64,000 bases of DNA, from NCBI GenBank assembly GCA_022340905.1, contig JAJDNB010000084.1, positions 1,920 through 65,919 on the forward strand, given 5' to 3'. A model generated the notes under the pieces. It was given only the letters and a program-made list of their open reading frames with translations. It was not told the DNA's origin and did no database searches. The DNA comes from Deltaproteobacteria bacterium (lineage in GTDB: Bacteria; Desulfobacterota; Syntrophobacteria; BM002). Below are positions 1 to 8,841 of the stretch, piece by piece (within the stretch, counting starts at the first letter, position 1; every line of letters starts with the position of its first letter). The translations under genes were made by a program, and so were the position numbers.

Positions 1-1611
1 AGTGCGCTTACTAAAAAAGGTTAAGATTTTACCCATGGCCTGGGAATAGTGAGAACTCATCATGAGCCTGTTATAGGCATAGGCCTTGAGATTCAGATCG
101 CTGTTGACCCCAGTTTCAGTCGCCTGATCAATCATGGCGGCAAATGTTTCCTGCTGAAGAGGCGAAAGATCCCAGAGTATGTAATGGTCCTGCACATAAA
201 GGAGCTGCAAATGCCGCTGCTGAATTCTTTCTACTAAAGTTTCCGGATTCCTAATGAGGGTGGAGTGGGACTTTGCACAAAAAAAGCGAGCGGTCTGCCC
301 CGGAAAAATTACCACTTCGGGAAAAACACTCAGAGCGGTTTGGCGGAGCAGCTTCAAATATTTTGCCTGAAAGGGACCCAGCGCAGTTTCGGAAGCACTG
401 ACAGAAAAGGAAAATACTCCACCGGGGTGCATCTTGCTGGCAGCCAAACGGAAGAAATCTTCGCTGTAAAATCTGTTTATTTGTGCGGTAAATGGCTCAG
501 GGAGATTGATCAGAATGACGTCGTAAAGCTTCGATGTTTGGGCCAGATATAGTCGACCGTCTTGGGTGTGGACCACGACCCGCGGATCTTCCAAAGCCGC
601 AGTAACCTGCGCCGGCAAAAGAGCCTTTCCCAGCTCAATGAGCCTGGGATCCAATTCTAGGTAGTCAACGTGGCGAACACTTGGGTGCTGGAGTAATTGA
701 CCAAGAGATTCAGAGACCCCCCCTCCTATGAGAAGAACAGACTTTGGCTCAGGATGCTGGAGCATGGCATAGTGGACCGCCTCTTCGGCGCTTAATCGGT
801 CTGGTACCGCAAAGTTCCATAGACCAGTTTCAAAGAAGGAAATCTGTTTTTCTTTCTCCACTACAGCTATGTGGCCAAAAATGGTTTCCTCTGAGGCAAT
901 AAGGTGAAAACCAGGCCACTGCCACTGATGGCTAATCTTGTCCAAATTAAAACTTTCCTTTTGAACTATTAAAAGAACGACAAAAGAAAGAAGAAAGACT
1001 GGATAGTAAATCCAAGGGCGACGACTGCTCTCCCGGGTAAGGGCGAAACCTGAAATGCAAAGCAGTAAGGCTATTGCAGCACATATTTGTATGGCATTGA
1101 GGTGATGAATGAGTAAGAGGGTAAAGATTAGCCCACCAATGCCGGCTCCAAGCCCTTCTAGGAAGTAGACCAAGCCGGGAGATCTCGTCCAGCGAGGAAT
1201 CAGCTTGGCCAACAGTGAGCAGGCGAGGCTGAATAAAGATCCAGAAATAAGACAGAAGGGAGCGAGAGTGAGGAAAGAAATGGCGAGCATCTGCCCCAGA
1301 GTGACCAGCTCTCCGGCTCCGAGTCGGAACACGAGACGGGCACTGCGGATGAGAAAAATAGTTGCTGTTAGTGTGAGACCGCTGCAGCACTGGAGGTACC
1401 CGAAGGAAGATTGCGTAGCCCAGCTATATTGCGAGATCTTCCCACCAAGCAGACTGCCAAGGGCCGTCCAAAAAAGCCAGGCACCAAGAACAATAGCCAC
1501 TGCCAGTTCACTGCCGGAGTATACGGTTAATAACTCCCGCAAAACGATAATCTGGCCCATGGTGGCCGCAAAACCAATGAGTAAGAAAGCACTTACCGTA
1601 GTGAGCTTCAT
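1..1611 (-). CDS. Membrane-fused spermidine synthase-like (SAM-binding) protein, 3' end outside window
   Basis: Absent from the ORF track because it has no stop in the window. Manual translation from ATG at 1611 gives MKLTTVSAFLLIGFAATMGQIIVLRELL (hydrophobic), later AEEAVHYAMLQHPEPKSVLLIGGG...VDYLELDP. Frame spot-checked open at several points including 1-120. Confidence 0.8.
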   Translation of the reverse strand, partial: MKLTTVSAFLLIGFAATMGQIIVLRELLTVYSGSELAVAIVLGAWLFWTALGSLLGGKISQYSWATQSSFGYLQCCSGLTLTATIFLIRSARLVFRLGAGELVTLGQMLAISFLTLAPFCLISGSLFSLACSLLAKLIPRWTRSPGLVYFLEGLGAGIGGLIFTLLLIHHLNAIQICAAIALLLCISGFALTRESSRRPWIYYPVFLLSFVVLLIVQKESFNLDKISHQWQWPGFHLIASEETIFGHIAVVEKEKQISFFETGLWNFAVPDRLSAEEAVHYAMLQHPEPKSVLLIGGGVSESLGQLLQHPSVRHVDYLELDPRLIELGKALLPAQVTAALEDPRVVVHTQDGRLYLAQTSKLYDVILINLPEPFTAQINRFYSEDFFRLAASKMHPGGVFSFSVSASETALGPFQAKYLKLLRQTALSVFPEVVIFPGQTARFFCAKSHSTLIRNPETLVERIQQRHLQLLYVQDHYILWDLSPLQQETFAAMIDQATETGVNSDLNLKAYAYNRLMMSSHYSQAMGKILTFFSKRT

Positions 1612-1777
1612 GGTTTCATGAATACACTATTTCTGGCGGGCATTCCAAGGATTTCCTATGAGCGGATTGCACCAGGCTTCCAAATCTTTAGTGATACTCC
1701 ATTTTCGTTCTCAACCCTCCTGATCCACACAATGACCGACCTTACTTTTAAAGGATCTCATAGGACTTACTTTCTTA

Positions 1778-1824
1778 TTGACAAAAGAGTTGGCTCAGGA
1801 TACTATCGCAAGTTATTCGCAATA
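1778..1824 (+). promoter_or_regulatory. Sigma-70 promoter of the fur-feo operon with overlapping candidate Fur box
   Basis: TTGACA(1778)-17 nt-TACTAT(1801). Imperfect palindrome TATCGCAAGTTATTCGCAATA at 1804-1824 over the expected start site. Confidence 0.6.
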
Positions 1825-1833
1825 AGGATTGCC

Positions 1834-2268
1834 ATGAAAAACGAGATCGACGTCTTTAGAGAATTTATTCGCAACAAGGGCTTGAGAAATACGGTTGAGC
1901 GCGAACAGGTGGTCAAGGCTGTCTTTTCCATACATCGCCACTTTGACGTGGAAGAGCTTTATTTGTTGATCCGTAACCAGAACGACAAGATCTCGAAGGC
2001 CACGGTGTATCGGACTATCCCCCTACTACTTGAGAGCGGTCTCATTCAAGAAGCCTACTTTGAAGATGGTCATCTCCATTATGAACACATTTATGGACAT
2101 GAGCACCACTGCCACCTGCGCTGCGTGGATTGCGGCAAGGTGGTGGAGTTCACCGAGGAAGCTGTAAGGGAAGTTGAGCAGAAGGTTGGAGAGCATTACG
2201 AATTCATTGTGACTGGACACAAAATGGAAGTGTACGGTTATTGTGCAAAATGCAAGGTTCATCAGTGA
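1834..2268 (+). CDS. fur: Fur-family transcriptional repressor
   Basis: ISKATVYRTI helix-turn-helix, HEHHCHLRCVDCG, C-terminal GYCAKC. ATG at 1834. Confidence 0.9.
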   Translation: MKNEIDVFREFIRNKGLRNTVEREQVVKAVFSIHRHFDVEELYLLIRNQNDKISKATVYRTIPLLLESGLIQEAYFEDGHLHYEHIYGHEHHCHLRCVDCGKVVEFTEEAVREVEQKVGEHYEFIVTGHKMEVYGYCAKCKVHQ

Positions 2269-2306
2269 TTTTTTTCTAGGTGAATCGAGGAGAGACAGGA
2301 AGGCCC

Positions 2307-3005
2307 ATGGAAAGGCTGCATCAATACGAAAAAGAAGAATTCATCACCATCTGTAAAGAGCACGGACTCAACTACAGTGATAAGCGGTTGCTGGTACTCG
2401 AGGAATTTCTGCGGACAGTCGAGCACCTCACAGTTACGTCCCTCCAAGATAGAGTTGAAGCTGAAGGGCACCGATTGGACCGTGATTTTATCGCCGAGAC
2501 TTTGGATCTCCTTTGCAAATATGGTTATGCTTACAAGAAGGAATTCGAAGGCCAGGAAGTCCAGTACGAGCATCGACACGTTGGTTGGCATCATGACCAT
2601 CTGATTTGTGCCGAGTGCGGCAAGATTCAAGAATTCCACGATTCTGAAATTGAAATATTGCAGAGGCAGATCGCAGTGAATAGGAATTTTACCTTGCTCC
2701 ACCACAAAATGGAGCTTTATGGCGTCTGTGGGGATTGCAGAAAGCAAAGGCGACCAGTTATGCCGTTGTCTTTTGTACTTCCAGAGGAAAAAGTTGTCAT
2801 AGACAGATTAGTGGGCGGCAGTAGGATGCAGCAAAGACTGGCTGACATGGGTCTCACGCCTGGAACAGCTATAGAGGTTATCAAGTCGAGTGGCCCCGGC
2901 CCATTAATTGTCGCCTTTCGAGGTAGCAGAATAGCTTTGGGGCGCGGCCTTAGCAATAAAGTGCTAGTCTCGGAGAATAGCGGTCCTACCAGTGAAACTG
3001 ACTGA
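2307..3005 (+). CDS. Fur-family domain fused to a C-terminal FeoA domain
   Basis: HHDHLICAECG...GVCGDC followed by RLADMGLTPGTAIEVIK...GPLIVAFRGSRIALGRG (FeoA motif). Confidence 0.85.
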   Translation: MERLHQYEKEEFITICKEHGLNYSDKRLLVLEEFLRTVEHLTVTSLQDRVEAEGHRLDRDFIAETLDLLCKYGYAYKKEFEGQEVQYEHRHVGWHHDHLICAECGKIQEFHDSEIEILQRQIAVNRNFTLLHHKMELYGVCGDCRKQRRPVMPLSFVLPEEKVVIDRLVGGSRMQQRLADMGLTPGTAIEVIKSSGPGPLIVAFRGSRIALGRGLSNKVLVSENSGPTSETD

Positions 3006-3107
3006 GGAATTCCACTCAGACCGGTTCCCAGTTAGAATTTTTTTCTTTGGTCAACAATGACGAGAGTTTGGCAAGAGACTTTACTCGCCGGCTCTGGAGA
3101 AATGTCG

Positions 3108-3344
3108 ATGACTCCCTTGAGTGAGTTCAAAGAGGGCGAACGAGGCGTGATTGCCAAAGTGAACGGCAGGGGGAGGTTTCGCAAGCGCCTTCAGGAGATG
3201 GGTTTTATAAAGGGGGCGGAAGTTTTGGTGGAAAAATATGCTCCGCTGCGAGATCCCATGGAGTTGGTATTGAAGGGTTACCATGTTTCCTTACGGGTTG
3301 AAGAGGCCGCCCAGATAATGATGGAGAAACTGGAGAATAGGTGA
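3108..3344 (+). CDS. feoA: Ferrous iron transport protein A
   Basis: RLQEMGF...APLRDP...VSLRVEEA. GGAGA RBS upstream. Overlaps the feoB start. Confidence 0.9.
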   Translation: MTPLSEFKEGERGVIAKVNGRGRFRKRLQEMGFIKGAEVLVEKYAPLRDPMELVLKGYHVSLRVEEAAQIMMEKLENR

Positions 3345-5521
3345 AGCAGGAAAATATTACCATTGCCCTCACCGGAAATCCTAACTCCGGAAAGACCACC
3401 ATGTTCAATAATCTCACCGGCACGCGTCAGCATGTAGGGAACTGGCCTGGGGTTACGGTGGAAAAAAAGGTAGGAACCGTAGTTCATAACGGCTATCGGT
3501 TGCGAGTCGTCGACCTCCCGGGTACTTACAGTTTAACCGCGTATTCCATCGAAGAGATAGTTGCCCGCCGCTTCCTGGTGGATGAGCGGCCAGATGTGGT
3601 GGTCGATATTGTCGATGCGTCCAATCTAGAGCGAAACCTCTATCTCGCCACCCAACTTATAGAACTGGGGGTCAAATTGATCCTGGTACTTAATATGGCT
3701 GATGTAGCGCAGTCCCGGGGACATCAGATCGATGCTGCCAGCCTGGGTAAATTACTAGGCGTGCCGGTGGTATTCACTGTTGGCAGCAAAAACGTGGGAA
3801 CAAAAGACTTACTGGACAGAGTTTTAGAGGTGGTCGAGGATCGGGCCACGGTGAGTCGGCACATCCACATTTCCTATGGCCATGAACTGGAAAAGGAGAT
3901 CAAGAATATCCAGGACGTTATCTGGCAGGACTCCTCGATAGGGGAGCGTTTTTCAACCCGCTGGTTAGCCGTGAAGCTGTTGGAAAATGACACGGCTGTT
4001 CAGGACAGAGTCAAGTCATTTGCAACAATAGGAGAGCAAATCCTCGCCCAAGCGGAGGCAAGCCGTGAGCGGTTGACTGAGTTTTATCAGGACGACCCCG
4101 AGATGATACTTACCGATCAGCGCTATGGCTTTATCAGTGGCGCTCTCAAGGAGGTTCTCAAGGTCACGGCAAAGAGCAAGATCGATCTGTCCAGACAAGT
4201 CGATCTGATACTAACTAACAGAATTCTAGGCTTTCCCATATTCATCTTTTTTATCTGGGCCATGTTTCAGGTGACCTTCACCCTAGGCGCTTACCCCATG
4301 GAGTGGATTGATGCGGGAGTGGGCTGGCTAGGGGGTTTGACCGCCAGCCTGATGCCGCCTGGATTGTTAAGAGATTTGTTAGTTAATGGGGTGATCGCCG
4401 GGGTGGGAAGTGTGGCCATCTTCTTGCCCAACATTATGTTGCTATTTTTCTGTATCGCCCTGTTCGAGGATACTGGCTACTTGGCCAGAGCAGCGTTTAT
4501 TATGGACAGGGTGATGCACCTAATTGGCCTCCATGGTAAATCTTTCATCCCTTTACTTATGGGTTTTGGATGCAATGCTCCGGCCATTATGGCGGCGCGA
4601 ACCCTGGAGAGTGAGCGCGATCGCATCCTCACCATTTTGATCAATCCGCTGATGAGTTGTTCGGCACGGTTGCCAGTATATGTGCTTCTGGCAGGAACGT
4701 TTTTTGGCGCCAGTGCAGGCAATGTCATTTTTAGTATATACGGACTTGGCATTGCCCTAGCCATAGCAATGGGGAAATTATTCCGGGTGACTCTCTTTAG
4801 GGGGGAAACTGCTCCTTTCGTCATGGAGCTTCCTCCATACCGGGTACCAACACTGAAGAGCCTTCTCATTCACATGTGGGACCGGAGCAAGATTTTTCTG
4901 AGAAAGATGGGTGGAGTGATTCTGGTTGGTTCCGTTGTCATCTGGGTTTTAGGAGCTTTTCCCAGACCCTCAGAATTTCCTCGAGACTATGGGGTGGATA
5001 AAGATGCGGTGAGCAACACCCAGGCCAAAGAGGTGACCCTGGGAAGTTTGGAACAGGGGGACAAGTCGCAAGAGTTAACGGCAGCACACAAAGGCAATGT
5101 TCAAGCGGAGGCTTCGGCCAGATTAAGCCAAAGCTACCTCGGCCGGCTGGGGCAGGCGATTCAACCGGTATTTGATCCCCTTGGTTTTGACTGGCGCACC
5201 AGTGTGGCAGTAGTCACGGGTTTTGTGGCAAAAGAGATTGTGGTAAGCACCCTCGGGGTATTGCATGCCGCCGGGGCGGACGCCAATGAAGAAAGCGAAG
5301 CCTTACGCCGCGCCTTGCGCGCTTCGGGCATGACCCCCCTGGGCGCATACACCCTAATGGCTTTCGTGCTCATTTACGTTCCCTGCTTGGCCACAGTGGC
5401 AGTTATCTCTAGGGAGACGAATTCCTGGAAATGGGCAGCCTTCAGCATTGCGTATTCGTTGGCTTTGGCATGGGTGGTGTCGTTCCTGATATATCATGGG
5501 GGTAAACTACTCGGGTTATGA
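3341..5521 (+). CDS. feoB: Ferrous iron transport protein B
   Basis: GNPNSGKT, VGNWPGVTV and DLPGTYSL GTPase motifs; GFGCNAPA and YVPC membrane motifs. Confidence 0.97.
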   Translation: MKQENITIALTGNPNSGKTTMFNNLTGTRQHVGNWPGVTVEKKVGTVVHNGYRLRVVDLPGTYSLTAYSIEEIVARRFLVDERPDVVVDIVDASNLERNLYLATQLIELGVKLILVLNMADVAQSRGHQIDAASLGKLLGVPVVFTVGSKNVGTKDLLDRVLEVVEDRATVSRHIHISYGHELEKEIKNIQDVIWQDSSIGERFSTRWLAVKLLENDTAVQDRVKSFATIGEQILAQAEASRERLTEFYQDDPEMILTDQRYGFISGALKEVLKVTAKSKIDLSRQVDLILTNRILGFPIFIFFIWAMFQVTFTLGAYPMEWIDAGVGWLGGLTASLMPPGLLRDLLVNGVIAGVGSVAIFLPNIMLLFFCIALFEDTGYLARAAFIMDRVMHLIGLHGKSFIPLLMGFGCNAPAIMAARTLESERDRILTILINPLMSCSARLPVYVLLAGTFFGASAGNVIFSIYGLGIALAIAMGKLFRVTLFRGETAPFVMELPPYRVPTLKSLLIHMWDRSKIFLRKMGGVILVGSVVIWVLGAFPRPSEFPRDYGVDKDAVSNTQAKEVTLGSLEQGDKSQELTAAHKGNVQAEASARLSQSYLGRLGQAIQPVFDPLGFDWRTSVAVVTGFVAKEIVVSTLGVLHAAGADANEESEALRRALRASGMTPLGAYTLMAFVLIYVPCLATVAVISRETNSWKWAAFSIAYSLALAWVVSFLIYHGGKLLGL

Positions 5522-5605
5522 GCATAGCGCATAGTGCATAGAGCATAGAGTAAAATAATAATTTTGAATTTTGGAGTTCAAAATCCGAAATCCGCAATCC
5601 GAAAT
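5522..5605. repeat. Heptamer tandem arrays (GCATAG(C/T/A) x4; (A/C)AATCCG x3 with inverted arm)
   Basis: gcatagc gcatagt gcataga gcataga at 5522-5550; attttgaattttgga ... aaatccgaaatccgcaatccgaaat at 5561-5605. Confidence 0.8.
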
Positions 5606-5635
5606 AATCCGGATTCCGACTACTGGTTTTTTGTT

Positions 5636-6346
5636 ATGGCAATGAAAGATTATCAAGTAAAAAGAATGTTCGAGAGCATTGCCTTCTCCTATGACTTCCA
5701 GAACAGCTTTCTATCGTTGAGGAGAGATACATATTGGCGGCGAGTTATGGCCCAGTGTCTTCACTTGCCGGGAGAAGCTTCTGTACTAGACATGGCCACT
5801 GGTACGGGTGAAGTGGCAGTAGAAATCTGCAGGCACCACCCCAGGGCAAAGGTGATTGGAGTGGATTTCTCTCCCAAGATGCTCACCGTAGGCCGGGAAA
5901 AGAAAAAGTTCAAAAAGTTCGCTAGCCGCATCCACTTGAGTCTGGGCGATGGCCGCCAGCTGCCCTTTCAGAGCGGTTCCTTTGAGGCCGCCACGATCGC
6001 ATTTGGGATCAGAAATATCGAGGAGAGAGAGCAAGCGCTGAGAGAGTTCTATAGAGTGCTCAAGCCAGGTGGTCAACTCCTTATCATGGAGTTCGACATC
6101 CCTAACGATCCTTTACTGGGGGGTATATATCGGCTTTACTTTGACTACTTATTGCCACCTTTGGGCAACTTGCTCTCCCGGACAAATTATGCATACAGTT
6201 ATCTGGCCACTTCGGTACATGACTTCCCCACGGAACGGGAATTCTTGCAGGAGATTGGCAGAGCCGGATTCGTTTCACCGGGGGTAAAAAGACTCACGTA
6301 CGGGGTTGCCAAGATTTTCCGAGGAATCAAACACGCTAGGAGTTAG
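5636..6346 (+). CDS. ubiE: UbiE/MenG-family quinone methyltransferase
   Basis: VKRMFESIAFSYDFQN, VLDMATGTGE, AFGIRN, RVLKPGG, YAYSYLATSV. Confidence 0.8.
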   Translation: MAMKDYQVKRMFESIAFSYDFQNSFLSLRRDTYWRRVMAQCLHLPGEASVLDMATGTGEVAVEICRHHPRAKVIGVDFSPKMLTVGREKKKFKKFASRIHLSLGDGRQLPFQSGSFEAATIAFGIRNIEEREQALREFYRVLKPGGQLLIMEFDIPNDPLLGGIYRLYFDYLLPPLGNLLSRTNYAYSYLATSVHDFPTEREFLQEIGRAGFVSPGVKRLTYGVAKIFRGIKHARS

Positions 6347-6408
6347 ACATTCGCAAAAGTTGGTGTAGGTAAGGAGGATTTTGTAAAGAGGCAAAGTTGC
6401 CCCTTGAA

Positions 6409-6593
6409 GTCATTTGCCTTCGGCGTCATTCGGGCTGGCGCCCGTCATTTATGGTCATTTGTTGGTATGTGATCTATTTATTCTGTTTCACATTATCACC
6501 AATCATAATGACCTAGGAACGACACATGGCAGCGAAGCGTAATGACGGCCACTTTAGTGGCCTAATGACAGCGTAGCGTAGTGACCCAATGAC
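6409..6593. repeat. GTCAT/ATGAC mini-hairpin dispersed element, copy 1
   Basis: gtcatttgccttcggcgtcattcgggctggcgcccgtcattt ... ctaatgacagcgtagcgtagtgacccaatgac. Segments shared with copies at 7825, 21930 and 48536. Confidence 0.8.
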
Positions 6594-6668
6594 TAACATT
6601 GTGGACTATGCCCTATGCTCCTTGCTTATCGCAACGGACAACTGACTACGGACGTCACTAGGTGATGC

Positions 6669-7262
6669 ATGAAAGTTAACTGGGCGGAAAGACTTTGGGT
6701 GAATAGCCCATTGCGATTCTTGATCCAACAGAGGGAAACCCGTTTTTTTAGAAGATTGAGAAAGCTCGAGCCCGGGACTAGATGTCTGGAGATTGGCTGT
6801 GGTCACGGTGCGGGTGCGAGAATTATTCTTGATATCTTTCAGCCCGCCCGCCTGGATGGGCTCGACGTTGACCCATTCATGATCAGATTGGCCTCAAGAC
6901 GGCAGAGGAAAGGGAGAGGGGGCCAGCTTCGTTTTCTGGTGGGCGACGCCCAGAATCTTCCCTATGTAAACGGCAGGTTGGATGCTGTGTTCAATTTTGG
7001 CATTATTCACCACCTAGAAAATTGGCGACAAGGCATACGTGAGGTTGCTCGGGTGCTTAAAAGTGGGGGCGGATTCTATTTCGAGGAGATCTACCCTCCC
7101 CTTTACGCCAATGCAATCACCCGTATAATGCTCGAGCATCCCACTGAGAACCGTTTCCACGGGCCCGAGTACCGAGCTGCACTGCAAAGGGAAGGCCTGA
7201 GGCTGCTGCCGGGCTATAAGGAGTCACGCTTCGCCATTCTGGGAGTAGCAGTCAAGGAGTGA
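6669..7262 (+). CDS. Class I SAM-dependent methyltransferase
   Basis: LEIGCGHG motif I, GDAQNLPY, IIHHL, RVLKSGG. Confidence 0.88.
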   Translation: MKVNWAERLWVNSPLRFLIQQRETRFFRRLRKLEPGTRCLEIGCGHGAGARIILDIFQPARLDGLDVDPFMIRLASRRQRKGRGGQLRFLVGDAQNLPYVNGRLDAVFNFGIIHHLENWRQGIREVARVLKSGGGFYFEEIYPPLYANAITRIMLEHPTENRFHGPEYRAALQREGLRLLPGYKESRFAILGVAVKE

Positions 7263-7403
7263 GCTGGCAGCAAGCAGCTGCAGGCACCGTTATTAGTTGT
7301 TGGTTATAAGTTATTAGGGTACTAATATTTAGAATTGCCGACTAAAAATTGAGGCTTGAATTTTCGAAGAAACCAAATAACGTATAACTAATAACGTATA
7401 ACG
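7263..7403. repeat. Inverted heptamer arrays (GTTATTA-type / AATAAC-type) plus a GCTGGCAGC-type array
   Basis: gttattagttgttggttataagttattag (7289-7317) versus aataacgtataactaataacgtataacg (7376-7403). Confidence 0.75.
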
Positions 7404-7473
7404 TTATAGGCCCTGCACCTTAAGACCCTATCGCTGAGAACTGAAGGTTGGTTGCTGACAAAAGGAGTTAAGA

Positions 7474-7806
7474 TTGAGTGCTGGTAAGCTGAAAGATCTA
7501 ATGCCGAAAAACCCTCGTTACTATGATGATTTGCCCGGAAAGCTAAAGGACAAACTGGCCAAGGTGTACGAAATATTGCAGGATGTGCCCTATTTAAATA
7601 AACAGCACTTTGATAAATGGCAGGAGCGTTTTTGCTATTCTCCAGAACCTGAGCGTGAGATCGCCATATGGGAGTGGTTAGCCAAAGAGTACGAAGAACA
7701 AACCGCCAAGGTGGAAGACCAGCGAGAAAAGAATCGTGTTTTCAAGAGGCTATTATCAAAATCAATTGATTACGAACCTTTGGGTGTGAGGAAGTTGCCC
7801 GAATAA
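7474..7806 (+). CDS. Hypothetical protein
   Basis: 110 aa ORF with AAGGAG RBS upstream; PEREIAIWEWLA segment; no family recognised. Confidence 0.6.
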   Translation: MSAGKLKDLMPKNPRYYDDLPGKLKDKLAKVYEILQDVPYLNKQHFDKWQERFCYSPEPEREIAIWEWLAKEYEEQTAKVEDQREKNRVFKRLLSKSIDYEPLGVRKLPE

Positions 7807-7824
7807 GCAGAGGGCATTCTCAAG

Positions 7825-7922
7825 GTCATTTGCCTTCGGCTTCACTTGGGCTAGCGCCCGTCATTTAGTCATTATGTCCTAACAATAAATCACCACCTAA
7901 TGACAGCGTAGCGTAGTGACCA
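7825..7922. repeat. GTCAT/ATGAC element, copy 2 (internally shortened)
   Basis: gtcatttgccttcggcttcacttgggctagcgcccgtcattt ... ctaatgacagcgtagcgtagtgacc; both ends match copy 1. Confidence 0.8.
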
Positions 7923-7937
7923 AGCAACACACATTCG

Positions 7938-8138
7938 TCACTCTGGCTTTGGCACCTTCTCCTGATCCCTCTCTTTCTGCCGCGCCTCGGCGATTTGCTG
8001 TTGCGCTTTCCAGGCGGGACAGTATTTTCCATGCCAGACCATAACCTTGCCAACAAGGGTTTCTGGATGAGCCCGCGCATAATTGCAGAGGGGGCAATTG
8101 TCACAAACCTTCCCCAAAGTCCGTTGCAGACGGTTCAT
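7938..8138 (-). CDS. Small Cys-rich hypothetical protein
   Basis: GAGG RBS; CDNCPLC...YCPAW; 66 aa. Confidence 0.6.
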   Translation of the reverse strand: MNRLQRTLGKVCDNCPLCNYARAHPETLVGKVMVWHGKYCPAWKAQQQIAEARQKERDQEKVPKPE

Positions 8139-8373
8139 TGTTAATACCTCATAAGGAGTCAGAATATAGGAGCCAGAAGAAAGAGAGCAGAAGTCGGAGA
8201 TCAGAGGCCGGAGGTCAGCTCACTGGGCACTGAAAAGCGGGCAGCGGACAGCGAATAACTCTTATCACCAACGCAAAATTGCTGCCTGATGCCAGCTGCT
8301 AACTGCCAGCTGCCAGCTGTCTTTCTCTATGCCCCATGCTCCATGCGGCTCACGAAGGGAGTCCATTTTTCCC

Positions 8374-8402
8374 TTGACAATGTGAAAAGTTTATCATAAT
8401 AT
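8374..8402 (+). promoter_or_regulatory. Sigma-70 promoter driving the ncRNA
   Basis: TTGACA(8374)-17 nt-TAATAT(8397), with no credible protein gene downstream on +. Confidence 0.65.
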
Positions 8403-8420
8403 TTCGCTATCTCCTGCCTA

Positions 8421-8593
8421 AAAGGGGGATCTTTCCAAGCACGACTGCTTCAATCTGGCGGTTGTTCTTTCCCAGTCATTGCTGCAATTTCGAGTTGATG
8501 CGAGCGTGAGATTGTAATGTTGGGCTGAACCCTGTGCTCTAGTTGCTATTGTTGATCCACGAGTTACAAGCTGAGGAAGATCCCCCTTTTTTT
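8421..8593 (+). ncRNA. ssrS: 6S-like rod-shaped RNA
   Basis: Ends pair (AAAGGGGGATCTTTCC / GGAAGATCCCCCTTT). Inner stems TGGCGGTTG/TAGTTGCTA, CCCAG/TTGGG and TGCAATTTCG/TGAGATTGTA include G-U pairs favouring the + strand. Central bubble contains TGAACC. About 170 nt, ending in a T tract. Confidence 0.6.
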
Positions 8594-8841
8594 CTCATAT
8601 ATCATCTCTCCGAGGCATCCAACCTGCAGTCTACCAACCTTTAGACTCCTCTTGTCTGGTTACCTCTTAGATGTGAGTCACGCACAGGGCATAGGGCAGA
8701 TGATTGCGGATTTAAGATTGTCGATTGCGAATTATAAATTCGAAACTGTCCTTCGGACTCCCACCCTCCGGGCGGGTTCCCGGTTTCGCAATTCGAATTT
8801 CGCCCTCTGCTCCATGCTCTATGCTTTTTCCTACGGATGGC

